64,000 nucleotides of DNA from an uncultured Planctomycetota bacterium (GCA_963737655.1 CAVTTN010000002.1:3488001-3552000); one strand, 5' to 3'; positions 21,107 through 30,265 are shown, numbered from the stretch's first letter. Program-made: numbers and translations. Notes: generated from the sequence alone by a model not told the origin.

Positions 21107-22558
21107 ATGAGCCGCCCTCGATGCCCCGGCCCCGGGACGATCCGCCCTTCCTCCCGCCGCGACTTCCTCAAGGGCCTCGGCGGAGGGTTCGGCCTGCTCG
21201 GCCTGGCGGACTTGCTCGCTCGCGAATCGGTGGCCTCCGAGGCCGCGTCCTCGAACCCCCTGGCCGCGAAGCCCCCGCACTTCCCGGCGAAGGCGAAGCG
21301 GTGCATCTTCCTGTTCATGGTCGGCGGGCCGAGCCAGGTGGACCTTTTCGATCCGAAACCCGAGCTCACCAAGCTCGACGGCAAGCGCCTGCCCGAGAGC
21401 TTCGGGGGCATCCACAGCCAGTTCCTCGAAGGCGACCCGCTCTGCCTCGGCAGCCACCGGAAATGGTCGAAATGCGGCGAGTCCGGGCTCGACATGTCGG
21501 ACCTGGTCCCGAGCCTCCACCCCCTGGCCGATGACCTGGCGATGATCCGGTCGTGCGTGGCGGACAGCGTCGTTCACGCGCCGGCACATTACCAGATGAA
21601 CACGGGCCGCGTCTTCATGGGCTACCCGTCGCTGGGGAGCTGGGCGACTTACGGGCTGGGCTCGGAGAGCGAAAACCTGCCCGCGTTCGTGGTGATGACC
21701 CAGCCCGAGGGCACTCCCGAAGGGGGGGCGCCGTGCTGGGGGTCGGGCTTCCTGCCGGCGGCCCACCAGGGGACTCGGTTCCTCCCCGGCCCGTCGCCGA
21801 TCGTGAACCTCCGGCCCGGGGCGCCCGGCTTCACCCTCCCCCAGCAGAGGAGGACCCTGGACCTCCTCCGCGACCTCGACCACGAGGGCACACCCGCCGA
21901 GGACCCGGCGATTGCCGCCAGGATCGCCTCGTATGAACTCGCGTTCCGGATGCAGAGCGAGGCGCCCGACGCCGTCGACCTGGCCCGCGAGACCGCCGAG
22001 ACCCGCCGGCTTTACGGCCTGGATGACCCGAAGACCGAGGACTTCGGCACGCGATGCCTCCTCGCCCGCCGCCTGGTGGAGCGGGGCGTGAGGTTCGTCC
22101 AGGTCTATTCGGGAGGAGGCCCCGTCGCCACTCAGTGGGACGCCCACGACGACGTGGACGCCAATCATGAGCACATGAGCGGCCGGACCGATCGGCCCGT
22201 CGCGGCCCTCCTGACCGACCTGAAGCGCCGCGGCCTGCTCGACGAAACCCTGGTCGTCTGGGGGGGCGAGTTCGGCCGGACTCCGGTCAGCCAGGGGGGC
22301 AGCCGAGGGCGGGACCACAACGCCACCGGCTTCACCATGTGGATGGCCGGCGCCGGGATCAAGGGCGGGACCGTCCACGGCGCCACCGACGAGATCGGCC
22401 TGAATGCCATCGAGGGCCGGGCCCACATCAACGACCTCCACGCCACGATCCTCCACCTGATGGGCCTGGACCACAAGAAGCTCACATTCCTCCACAACGG
22501 CCGGGACGAGCGGCTCACCGACGTGGGCGGGAAGGTGATCACGCCGATCCTGGCCTGA
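21107..22558 (+). CDS. DUF1501 domain protein (Tat)
   Basis: Motifs [47 protein letters not shown]. Confidence 0.95.
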   Translation: MSRPRCPGPGTIRPSSRRDFLKGLGGGFGLLGLADLLARESVASEAASSNPLAAKPPHFPAKAKRCIFLFMVGGPSQVDLFDPKPELTKLDGKRLPESFGGIHSQFLEGDPLCLGSHRKWSKCGESGLDMSDLVPSLHPLADDLAMIRSCVADSVVHAPAHYQMNTGRVFMGYPSLGSWATYGLGSESENLPAFVVMTQPEGTPEGGAPCWGSGFLPAAHQGTRFLPGPSPIVNLRPGAPGFTLPQQRRTLDLLRDLDHEGTPAEDPAIAARIASYELAFRMQSEAPDAVDLARETAETRRLYGLDDPKTEDFGTRCLLARRLVERGVRFVQVYSGGGPVATQWDAHDDVDANHEHMSGRTDRPVAALLTDLKRRGLLDETLVVWGGEFGRTPVSQGGSRGRDHNATGFTMWMAGAGIKGGTVHGATDEIGLNAIEGRAHINDLHATILHLMGLDHKKLTFLHNGRDERLTDVGGKVITPILA

Positions 22559-22720
22559 TCGGCCCCTCGCTCTCGGACGAAGGAGCCGAGTTTCGGTTTC
22601 GTCCGACGTTTCTCCGAGGCTCCGTCTTGACCGTCGATTTTCTTCACGGTCAAATCAGCCTGATTTGACGACCCTGATGACGCTGTTGAGACCTTCGTGG
22701 CGATCGAAAGGCGGGTGTCC

Positions 22721-24069
22721 GTGACCAGGCCGTCGGGGGATCGTGACGGCGAGGATCGGTCCGGGTCGCTCCTTCGGAAGATCCAGGGCGGATCGGCGCG
22801 GGTGGGGATCATCGGCCTGGGCTATGTGGGCCTCCCTCTGGGCCGGGCGTTCGTCGAGCGAGGGATTTCCGTCCTGGGTTTTGACGTCGATCCGGCGAAG
22901 GTCCGGCGTCTGGAGGCGGGCGAGAGCTACATCGGCCATCTCTCCGACGACGTGATCCGCTCCATGACCGCCTCGGGGTTCGAGGCGACCGATCGGTTCG
23001 ACCGCCTGGGCGAGCCCGACGCCATCCTGATCTGCGTGCCCACGCCCCTGACCGATTCGCGAGACCCGGACCTCTCGTTCGTGGTCGAATCGACCCGGGC
23101 CATCGCCGAGAGCCTCCGGCCGGGTCAGTTGATCGTCCTGGAGAGCACGACCTATCCCGGGACGACCCGCGAGGTTGTCCTGCCGATCCTGGAATCGTCG
23201 GGCTTGAGGCTGGGCGAGGATTTCTTCCTGGCGTTCAGCCCCGAGCGTGAGGACCCGGGGAACCCGAAATTCTCGGCCCCGACGATCCCGAAGGTCGTCG
23301 GCGGGATCGACCCGGCGAGCCTCGAACTGGCCTCCGCTCTGTACGCCCGGATCGTGGTGAAGGTCGTCCCGGTCTCCTCGACCGAGGTCGCCGAGGCGTG
23401 CAAGATCCTCGAAAACACCTACCGAGCGGTGAATATCGCGTTGGTGAACGAGCTGAAGGTCCTTTACGACCGGATGGGCGTGGACGTCTGGGAGGTGATC
23501 GAGGCGGCGAAGACCAAGCCGTTCGGTTTTCAGGCGTTCTATCCGGGTCCGGGCCTGGGCGGCCACTGCATCCCCATCGACCCGTTCTACCTGACGTGGG
23601 TGGCGAGGAAACATGGCCTCTCGACCCGCTTCATCGAGCTGGCCGGCGAGATCAACACGGGGATGCCCCTGTACGTCGTGGGCAAGGTCGCCGACGCCCT
23701 GAACGACCGGGGCCGGGCCGTGAAGGGCAGCCGGATCCTCCTCCTGGGGATGGCGTACAAGAGGGACGTGGACGACGTCCGCGAGTCTCCCGGCCTGGAA
23801 TTGATGGACCTCCTGGCGAGGAAGGGGGCCCTGGTGGATTATCACGATCCGCACGTCCCGGAGCTTCGACCGACCCGCCACTTCCCCTCGCTGTCCCGGG
23901 CCCGAGTCGAGTTGTCGGCCGAGGTCCTGCAATCCTCCGATTGCGTGATCATCGTGACCGATCACTCGTCGTACGACTGGCCGATGGTCGTGGAGAACGC
24001 GGCCCTGGTGATCGACACGAGGAATGCGACCCGAGGGTCTCGGGCCCGGCGACGATCGTCCGGGCCTGA
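22721..24069 (+). CDS. nucleotide-sugar dehydrogenase (UDP-N-acetylhexosamine 6-dehydrogenase type); frameshift near 24036
   Basis: Motifs GLGYVGLPL, CVPTP, ESTTYPGT, GGHCIPIDP, IDTRNAT. Restoring one G gives the natural end TRGVSGPATIVRA* at 24069. The start position is approximate. Confidence 0.85.
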
Positions 24070-24107
24070 ACCGGCGAGGTGTAGCTCTGGAATCCGGATC
24101 GTCCAAA

Positions 24108-24218
24108 GGGTGCCCCCGGTTCTTGAACCGGGGCGTCGCAGCCGCAAGAGGCCCAGCAGAACGGCCCGGAACGACCTCTTGCGGCCGCGCCGCCCCGGTT
24201 CAAGAACCGGGGGCACCC
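24108..24218. repeat. REP-like dimer: 44-bp inverted arms, each containing an internal hairpin
   Basis: GGGTGCCCCCGGTTCTTGAACCGGGG… at 24108-24151 versus 24175-24218, 2 mismatches. Confidence 0.9.
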
Positions 24219-24419
24219 GAAAAACTCCGGAATCGAGAGCTAGACCCGAAGCAGCCCTGGCCCCGTCGGCAAAGGATGGCGACCTTGACGGCTCGGTTGC
24301 CGATCCTAGACTATGGGATGCGTCTTCGGGGGCGAAGGGGGCGGACTTGGGCGTTCGCCGTCTTTTTTTCGCCGATTCGGGACGCGCTCGCGAACTCTCC
24401 GCCGGGGCGGGACGTAGCC

Positions 24420-25049
24420 ATGATGAAGGCCCTCGGTGTCGTGGACGACCTGGATCACGTCTCGGACGAGGTCTTGCTCGGCCGCTACCGAGACGAGGGC
24501 CGGACCGCCGACTTCGATGCCCTCGTGCATCGATACGAGAAGGAATTATATCGGTATCTCGCCCGCTACACCGGAGACTCGGCGCTCGCCGAGGACGTGT
24601 TCCAGAACACGTTCCTCCAGGTCCACCTGAAGAAAGGCCTGTATGAGGATGGCCGCCCGGTCCGCCCCTGGCTCTACTCGATCGCGACCCACCAGGCCGT
24701 CGACGCCCTCCGCAAGGCGGGCCGGCACCCGACGATCAGCCTGGACGTCCGGGGAGGATCGGGAGGCGGGGACTCCGAGCCGAGCGCCCTGGTGGACCTG
24801 CTCGTCAGCGACGTCGAGGGGCCCCTCGCCGAACTCCAGGGCGAGGAGCGCAAGGAGTGGGTCCGCCAGGCCATCGAGAAACTGCCCGAATCCCTCCGCC
24901 AGACGCTGATCCTCGCCTATTTTCAGGATTTGAAATATCGGGAAATCGCCGAGATCCAGAAGATCCCGGTCGGAACCGTCAAGTCCCGCCTCCACGCCGC
25001 CCTGGCCAAGCTGCTCGAGATGGCCCGGGGGTCTCACCAGGACGAATGA
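24420..25049 (+). CDS. ECF RNA polymerase sigma factor
   Basis: Motifs AEDVFQNTFL, WLYSIA, YREIAE…IPVGTVKSRLH. Confidence 0.92.
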   Translation: MMKALGVVDDLDHVSDEVLLGRYRDEGRTADFDALVHRYEKELYRYLARYTGDSALAEDVFQNTFLQVHLKKGLYEDGRPVRPWLYSIATHQAVDALRKAGRHPTISLDVRGGSGGGDSEPSALVDLLVSDVEGPLAELQGEERKEWVRQAIEKLPESLRQTLILAYFQDLKYREIAEIQKIPVGTVKSRLHAALAKLLEMARGSHQDE

Positions 25050-25071
25050 GAGAGAAAGAGCGAGTGATCCC

Positions 25072-26016
25072 ATGAACGCCCAAGACATGCTGGATTACAC
25101 GTTCGGACAGCTCGACGCCCCCCGTCGGGATCTCTTCGAACAGGCCATGGCCGACGACCCGGAACTCGCGGAGAAGGTGGCCCGGCTCGGCCGGTCGGTG
25201 TCCAGCCTGGTCGATGACGGCGAGGAGATCGAGCCGCCGTCGGACCTGGCCGAGAACACCCTGGCCCTCGTGGCCCGGCGGAGGCAGCGGCCGGCGATCC
25301 TCGATTTCGTCCCGACCCGCGTGCCGTTTCGCTGGCAGGATGTCGCCGTGGCCGCCACCGTCCTGATCGCCAGCCTCGCCACCCTGGGCGTCCCCCTGCT
25401 CCGGTCCCGCGCCAGGATGGCCCAGGCCGCCTGCGCCTTCAACCTCGGCCGGCTGGGCGTGGGCCTCTCGAAGTACGCCGCCACCAACGGCTCGTACCCC
25501 CTGGTCGAGGCGTCGCTGCCGGCCGGGGCCTACGGCGTGATGCTCCACGAGGCCCACGACCTGCCCGATCCCTCGGTCTTGCAGTGCCCGTGTACCGGCA
25601 AGGACCAGGTCAGGAAGAACCTGCCGGACATCCAGCACTTCCGCGAGATGGCCTGCGACTCCCCGGCCGCCTGCCGGACCCTGGTCGAGGGGCATTACGC
25701 CTACCACGTCGGCTACCGGGACCGCTCGGGCAAGCTCTCCGCCGTCCCCGACGCCGCCGACTCCCACCTGCCGATCGCCGCCGACGACCCGCCCCACTCC
25801 GACGACGGCGTGATGCTCGTCGGCAACAGCCCCAACCACGGAGGGGCCGGTCAGAACGTCCTGTACGGAGACGGCCACGTCGCCTGGAAGAGGACGCGGT
25901 GGGTCAGCGACCAGGACAAGGACCTCTATCTCAACGAGGCCGACCGCCCCGCCCCCGGACTCCACCCCGCCGACTCCGCCCTGATCCCCAGCGCCCTGCC
26001 GGTCAAGGACCGCTGA
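25072..26016 (+). CDS. putative anti-sigma factor: cytoplasmic N-domain, one TM, DUF1559-like C-domain with H-X9-DG motif
   Basis: Directly follows the ECF gene. MLDYTFGQLD N-terminus, TM, CAFNLGRLG, and NHGGAGQNVLYGDGHV. Confidence 0.7.
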   Translation: MNAQDMLDYTFGQLDAPRRDLFEQAMADDPELAEKVARLGRSVSSLVDDGEEIEPPSDLAENTLALVARRRQRPAILDFVPTRVPFRWQDVAVAATVLIASLATLGVPLLRSRARMAQAACAFNLGRLGVGLSKYAATNGSYPLVEASLPAGAYGVMLHEAHDLPDPSVLQCPCTGKDQVRKNLPDIQHFREMACDSPAACRTLVEGHYAYHVGYRDRSGKLSAVPDAADSHLPIAADDPPHSDDGVMLVGNSPNHGGAGQNVLYGDGHVAWKRTRWVSDQDKDLYLNEADRPAPGLHPADSALIPSALPVKDR

Positions 26017-26045
26017 GCGGGCGAAGGTCCATCCGAAGCTGAAGA

Positions 26046-26097
26046 GAATGCCGTCGGCCCATGTTTTCTGTCATGAAAACATGGGCCGACGGCATTC
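26046..26097. terminator. 23-bp perfect hairpin between convergent genes (bidirectional terminator or miniature repeat)
   Basis: GAATGCCGTCGGCCCATGTTTTC-tgtcat-GAAAACATGGGCCGACGGCATTC. Confidence 0.75.
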
Positions 26098-26120
26098 ACT
26101 TTTCAGGTGCTCGTATTTTT

Positions 26121-26948
26121 CTACAGAGCCGCTCCCGACCCCTTGTCCGCTCCCTGCTCCGAACCTCGCTCGACGCGGGCCTGTCGGCGCCGACGGGCTT
26201 GGTTCAGCAGGGCGAGGCCGCCGAGGCCGAGCAGGGCCAGCGACCCGGGCTCGGGGACGGCGCTGGTGTGGATCACGAGTCGGCGGATGCCCGAGGCGCT
26301 GCTCCCGGAGAAGATCCCCAGCTCGTTGACGCTAATGCCGGGAATGCTCGTGAAGTCGATGGCGCCGCCGACCGCGAACGACTGCCCCTCGTGGGCGGTG
26401 ATCGAGGTGATCGCCGCCGCGTTGAGGTTGATCGAGAGCGTCGTGTTGTCGTCCGCCGCCGTGACGACCGTGGTCCCGAGGAGCGTCCCGTCGCCGAGGT
26501 CGTTGTACCGCGAGAGGAGCGCGGAGTAGCCAGCATCGCCTTGCTTGAGGCTGACGTCCGCGGGCAACGATGACGCGTCCTGGGAGGCGTCATGGAGCCG
26601 ATAGGTCGCCGAGGTGAAGGCGTTGCTGGGATAGGTAAAGAACCCGGCCGAGGGTTCGGACAGTTCGAGCGTCACCCCGGTCACGGTACCCGTGACCTGG
26701 GAGAGATCGAACACGAAGAAGTTGCGGAACTCATTGTAACCGAGGCCGACCGAGGTCGCGTCCTGCGCGGCGGCCCCATAGGCATCCGTCGCTGCCGTTA
26801 CCTGTGCCGGGAATGACCCGCCGAATAATGCATCCCGATGAGAATAATTCCCCGAGGTGGTCGCGTTGATCGTGTAGTCCGCCTGCGCGGATGCGTGCAG
26901 ACAGGCCATCAGGGCGGCGAACGTGCCGGCGAAGACGATCCTTCTCAT
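26121..26948 (-). CDS. PEP-CTERM sorting domain protein
   Basis: Signal peptide; C-terminal VPEPGSLALLGLGGLALL-RRRR. Confidence 0.9.
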   Translation of the reverse strand: MRRIVFAGTFAALMACLHASAQADYTINATTSGNYSHRDALFGGSFPAQVTAATDAYGAAAQDATSVGLGYNEFRNFFVFDLSQVTGTVTGVTLELSEPSAGFFTYPSNAFTSATYRLHDASQDASSLPADVSLKQGDAGYSALLSRYNDLGDGTLLGTTVVTAADDNTTLSINLNAAAITSITAHEGQSFAVGGAIDFTSIPGISVNELGIFSGSSASGIRRLVIHTSAVPEPGSLALLGLGGLALLNQARRRRQARVERGSEQGADKGSGAAL

Positions 26949-27247
26949 GGGGGGGATCCTCGGTGAGTGCGATGCGAGTTCGGAGTCTTCTTCAACGACC
27001 CAACACCGGGTCGAGGCGAGACGACGGAAGTGTCTTTCCGCCGCCTCACGGCCAAGCTCAGCGGGCCGGCCCGCCGAACGAGCGTTGGCCGCACGACGAA
27101 CGCCGCGGCCTTGCGGCGCAAGCCGTCGGATATCCGCCGGGTTGACGCGGCGGTATTCCTGTGGCTGAATGCTAGCCGTATCGCGGCAATGCGGCCTATT
27201 CCCTAATCCTGGGGATGCGGCCTCCTTTAAGGAATGGACCTATTTCG

Positions 27248-28066
27248 ATGTCAAAGTCGTCGAGCCTGCGCGTTTCGGATTGCCGGCGGATCCAGCACCT
27301 CGTGGGCGAGTGTCGAGAGCTCGGCGTCGGGGTCGAAGCGTGGCAGTTGCACCTGCTCGCGGGCCTGAGCGACCTGACCGGCGGGCTCCTGGGCTTCTGC
27401 GGCGAACTGGCGGACTTCCGTGGGACGCAGCTCAAGTTTCTCGGCATGACCGACCGTGGCTGGGCCTTCGATTCCGACCGGGCGCAGTACTTAGCCGGGC
27501 TCGCGTACTTCCTGCAGGAGCCGGGGGCCGCGTCCACCCTGGCCGCCTATAAGCGCGGGTCGATCGCGGAGGACGGCGTCTGCCTCGCGAAGTCGGACCT
27601 GTTCACCGCCCGCGAATGGGTGAGCACGCCGGATTATGAACTCGTCCTCCGCCCGATCCGGGTGAAGGACGTCCTCTGGTGCATCCGAACGATCCCGGGG
27701 GCCGACGACGAGGCGTCGATCGGGCTGGTGCTGCACCGACACCTCGGAGAGCGAGGCTTCGGCGCGTGGGACAAGGCCGTGGTGTCCGAGACGCTGGAGG
27801 CCCTGGCCCCGCTGGTCGGCGGGCCGTTGGCCCGGTTCGCCGATCCGTCCGTAGCGGCGCTGGCCCCGCGCGTGCGGGCGGTCCTGCGTTGCCTGCTGGA
27901 GGGCGACAGCGACAAGCAGATCGCGGCCCGACTGCGACTGAGCCCTCACACCGTGAACCAGTACACGAAGGCCATCTACCGGCACTTCCGTGCGAGGGGC
28001 CGCACCGACTTGATGGCGACGTGGATTCGCCGGGGTTGGAGCCTCCAAGCCGTCCCGACCGGCTGA
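27248..28066 (+). CDS. LuxR-type HTH transcriptional regulator
   Basis: C-terminal LLEGDSDKQIAARLRLSPHTVNQYTKAIYRHF. Confidence 0.85.
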   Translation: MSKSSSLRVSDCRRIQHLVGECRELGVGVEAWQLHLLAGLSDLTGGLLGFCGELADFRGTQLKFLGMTDRGWAFDSDRAQYLAGLAYFLQEPGAASTLAAYKRGSIAEDGVCLAKSDLFTAREWVSTPDYELVLRPIRVKDVLWCIRTIPGADDEASIGLVLHRHLGERGFGAWDKAVVSETLEALAPLVGGPLARFADPSVAALAPRVRAVLRCLLEGDSDKQIAARLRLSPHTVNQYTKAIYRHFRARGRTDLMATWIRRGWSLQAVPTG

Positions 28067-28140
28067 GGGACGGGGAAAGAGGTCAGGAGCCGAAAACAGG
28101 TTTATTTAGGCCCGAATTCGGCTCCTGACCCCTTTTCTCC

Positions 28141-29222
28141 TCACGGCTTATCGTAGTCCAAGATCAGCTTGCCGCTAGACCACTTGGCACGGAGGCCCGA
28201 CGAGTTCCGAACGACTACTCAATCTCGTCTGGGATTGCCAGGCTGGGCTCCAACGCCTTGGGGGCCGGGTCGAAATGGATGTCGCTCAGCGTCCCTTCGT
28301 GATGACGCTGATACTCCGACCCGCCCTCGTACAGAAACCGCGTGTGGCGGGTATAGCCAACGATCATGGGCCGACCCGCAACCATGCCTATGCGATAATC
28401 AAGTTGGATGTCCATGCCGCGCATCGGCAATTTGGGATATGGGCCGCTATCGGACTTGGGAGCCTTGAGGGTCCCCATGCGGACTTTGTCGATCAAGTCC
28501 GCTTCGCCCTTGACGAGTCGCATGCGAATCGGCGCGAAGGATGCGGCGGGGTCAAGCCACAGCGTGACCCGGCCATGGGCCGTCACACCTTCGAGAACGT
28601 GACAGGGCCTCCCCGCCAACACGTCAGCCCGAGTTGTCAGCCGTGTCGCCGAGTCGCGTAGGAGGTCAGTGACAGTCAGGCGGTCCGAGTGGAGGTATCC
28701 ATACAAGTTGCAGGACTCGTCCTGAGTCTTATACTCGCTGGCTGATGTGGGTCGCTCGGCATCGACCTCTGCCACCACCATTGTCTCAATGCGGCCGCGC
28801 ATACCGGATCGAAGGAGCTTCTCCGCTCCGGCCTCGTCAATCTCGGCCAATTCTTGGGTTGTGCGATCCACGCGATTTACATAAATGTACGTCTTCCCGT
28901 CGAAGGTTTTCTCCGACTCCGTCTCAATTGGAGTCTTGAGGTTCTTGAGATTGCCGACGCCGACAGCATGCATTCGGCACCGCCACCGGGCACCCGATTT
29001 CACGAACGTGCCTTCCAGCAGGTTAGTCCACGTCCAGTCGGGGAAAGCGCCGCCCTTCGAGGTGATTCTTTCCACCAACCGATATTGGATCCTCTCCAAG
29101 CTATCCGTGTATCGGGCGTAATGCTCGATCAAATCGCGGGTAGATGGGTCCGCCGCAACGCCCCGCCGCGGATCGATGCCCAATCCCACGAGCGCGAGGA
29201 TCAACCACGCGTGCCTCTTCAA
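28141..29222 (-). CDS. secreted hypothetical protein; frameshift near 28217
   Basis: TTG start after GGGAGG; signal peptide. Restoring one G extends IPDEIE to VVVRNSSGLRAKWSSGKLILDYDKP* ending at 28141. Confidence 0.65.
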
Positions 29223-29287
29223 GTCCAGCCTCCCGTGTCAGGAGCCGCGGGAACGTTCTCGCCGCAGGGAAGATCACTGTGGCTCTC

Positions 29288-29651
29288 TCATGTGCAACCC
29301 GCCTACAATAGTATTGGCTATAAGCCGACAGGCAGGCACCGCTCCCAATCGGGCATTGGTTCATCCCCATTGAGTGAGTGCAGGCGAAAGTCGTGCCCGA
29401 CGTGCAGCCTGTGTAATAACTGTCGCACGTGCGATCAGGTGCAGACTCGCACTTGACACTGCCGTTGCTCAGACAGTCACAATCACCACCGCCAATGTGG
29501 CCGGCCCCGGCCAACCGCGGCCCGATCCCGAGCTAAGCCCACGGCCCTCCGGCGTGGCTGGCGTGACCCCCGACTGCCATGAGCGTCGCGATCACGGCCA
29601 TGAACACTGCCAGCGATGCGAACTGCGTGAGGATCCAATTCTTCGTCGCAC
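29288..29651 (-). pseudogene. Cys-rich secreted peptide (~121 aa, 10 Cys) with 2 apparent indels and one in-frame TAG (decayed or mis-sequenced)
   Basis: AGGAGG SD then GTG; hydrophobic leader KNWILTQFASLAVFMAVIATLMAV; core GGGDCDC…YYC. Confidence 0.55.
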
Positions 29652-29811
29652 TGGCCTCCTACACCTTGCTCTAGGGTGTCCGGGCTTCGGATCGGTCGGC
29701 CACGTCAGAACCATGGACCACGAAGGCTCAGCCCAACATATCATCCGGGATTTCCCGGATGGGTCTTAGCCTGCGCGTCGGCGACCTCGCACAGGTCTCC
29801 TAAACTTGTAT

Positions 29812-29839
29812 TTATTACAAGGGCCAATGCCTCTGTCAA
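29812..29839 (-). promoter_or_regulatory. candidate sigma70 promoter for the cargo genes
   Basis: Exact TTGACA (29839-29834) followed by an AT-rich TAATAAAT region; the -10 match is imperfect. Confidence 0.4.
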
Positions 29840-29864
29840 GGGGTAAGCGGGGGGAGAAAATCAA

Positions 29865-30150
29865 GGCGTGAAAGGGGACGAAGGCGTGAAAGGGGACGAA
29901 GGCGTGAAAGGGGACGGGCGTGAAAGGGGACGGAGAGAATTATGCTCTGGGAAGGCGTGGAAGGGGACGGAGAGAATTATGAGGCGTGAAAGGGGACGGA
30001 GAGGAGGCGTGAAAGGGGACGGAGGAGGCGTGAAAGGGGACGGAGAGAAATATGCTCTGGAAGGTTGGGGGGGAGAAAAGGGGAGGGGGGAGAAAAGGGG
30101 ACGGGGGGAATTCTCAGCGGGGGAGAAAAGGGGACGGAGGAAATTCTTAG
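29865..30150 (+). repeat. irregular G-rich tandem array: 8x GGCGTGRAAGGGGAC plus 3x GGGAGAAAAGGGGA
   Basis: Unit starts at 29865, 29883, 29901, 29917, 29954, 29983, 30006, 30027; second type at 30071, 30088, 30121. Confidence 0.95.
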
Positions 30151-30265
30151 GAGGAAAAAAGTTGGGAGTCGAAATTACGCCTAAATAAACCTATTTTCAG
30201 CTCCTGACCCATCTCCCCCCTGTCGTCATCCGGGCGACCTCTGGATGATGTGAATCACGATCTCC

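Larger units (their letters stand above)
28081..30209. mobile_element. putative non-autonomous cargo element bounded by 31-bp inverted repeats
   Basis: 28081-28111 matches the reverse complement of 30179-30209 at 29/31. The interior is visibly lower in GC and contains no transposase. Confidence 0.55.

Noticed and set aside
24069..24646. C-terminal extension of the dehydrogenase (649-aa ORF)
   Set aside because: It results from a one-base loss; the extension runs through a palindromic repeat and overlaps the ECF gene.
28081..28111. dif/Xer-like site within the inverted repeat
   Set aside because: Only TTAT resembles the XerD arm; the arm-spacer geometry and consensus match are poor.
29533..29535. 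Pyrrolysine or stop read-through at the in-frame TAG of the Cys-rich peptide
   Set aside because: No pyl genes in the window, and other genes use TAG as stop. Mutation or sequencing error (e.g. from TGG) is simpler.
29865..30150. CRISPR array, or the 106-aa VKGD-repeat ORF (29868-30188)
   Set aside because: There are no unique spacers, constant period or cas genes. The ORF is a by-product of a purine-rich repeat with unit lengths not divisible by 3.
29865..30150. CsrB-like GGA sponge RNA for the CsrA in this window
   Set aside because: It has many GGA motifs, but the strand is too purine-rich to form the GGA-loop hairpins, and no promoter/terminator pair was seen. Not excluded, but unsupported.
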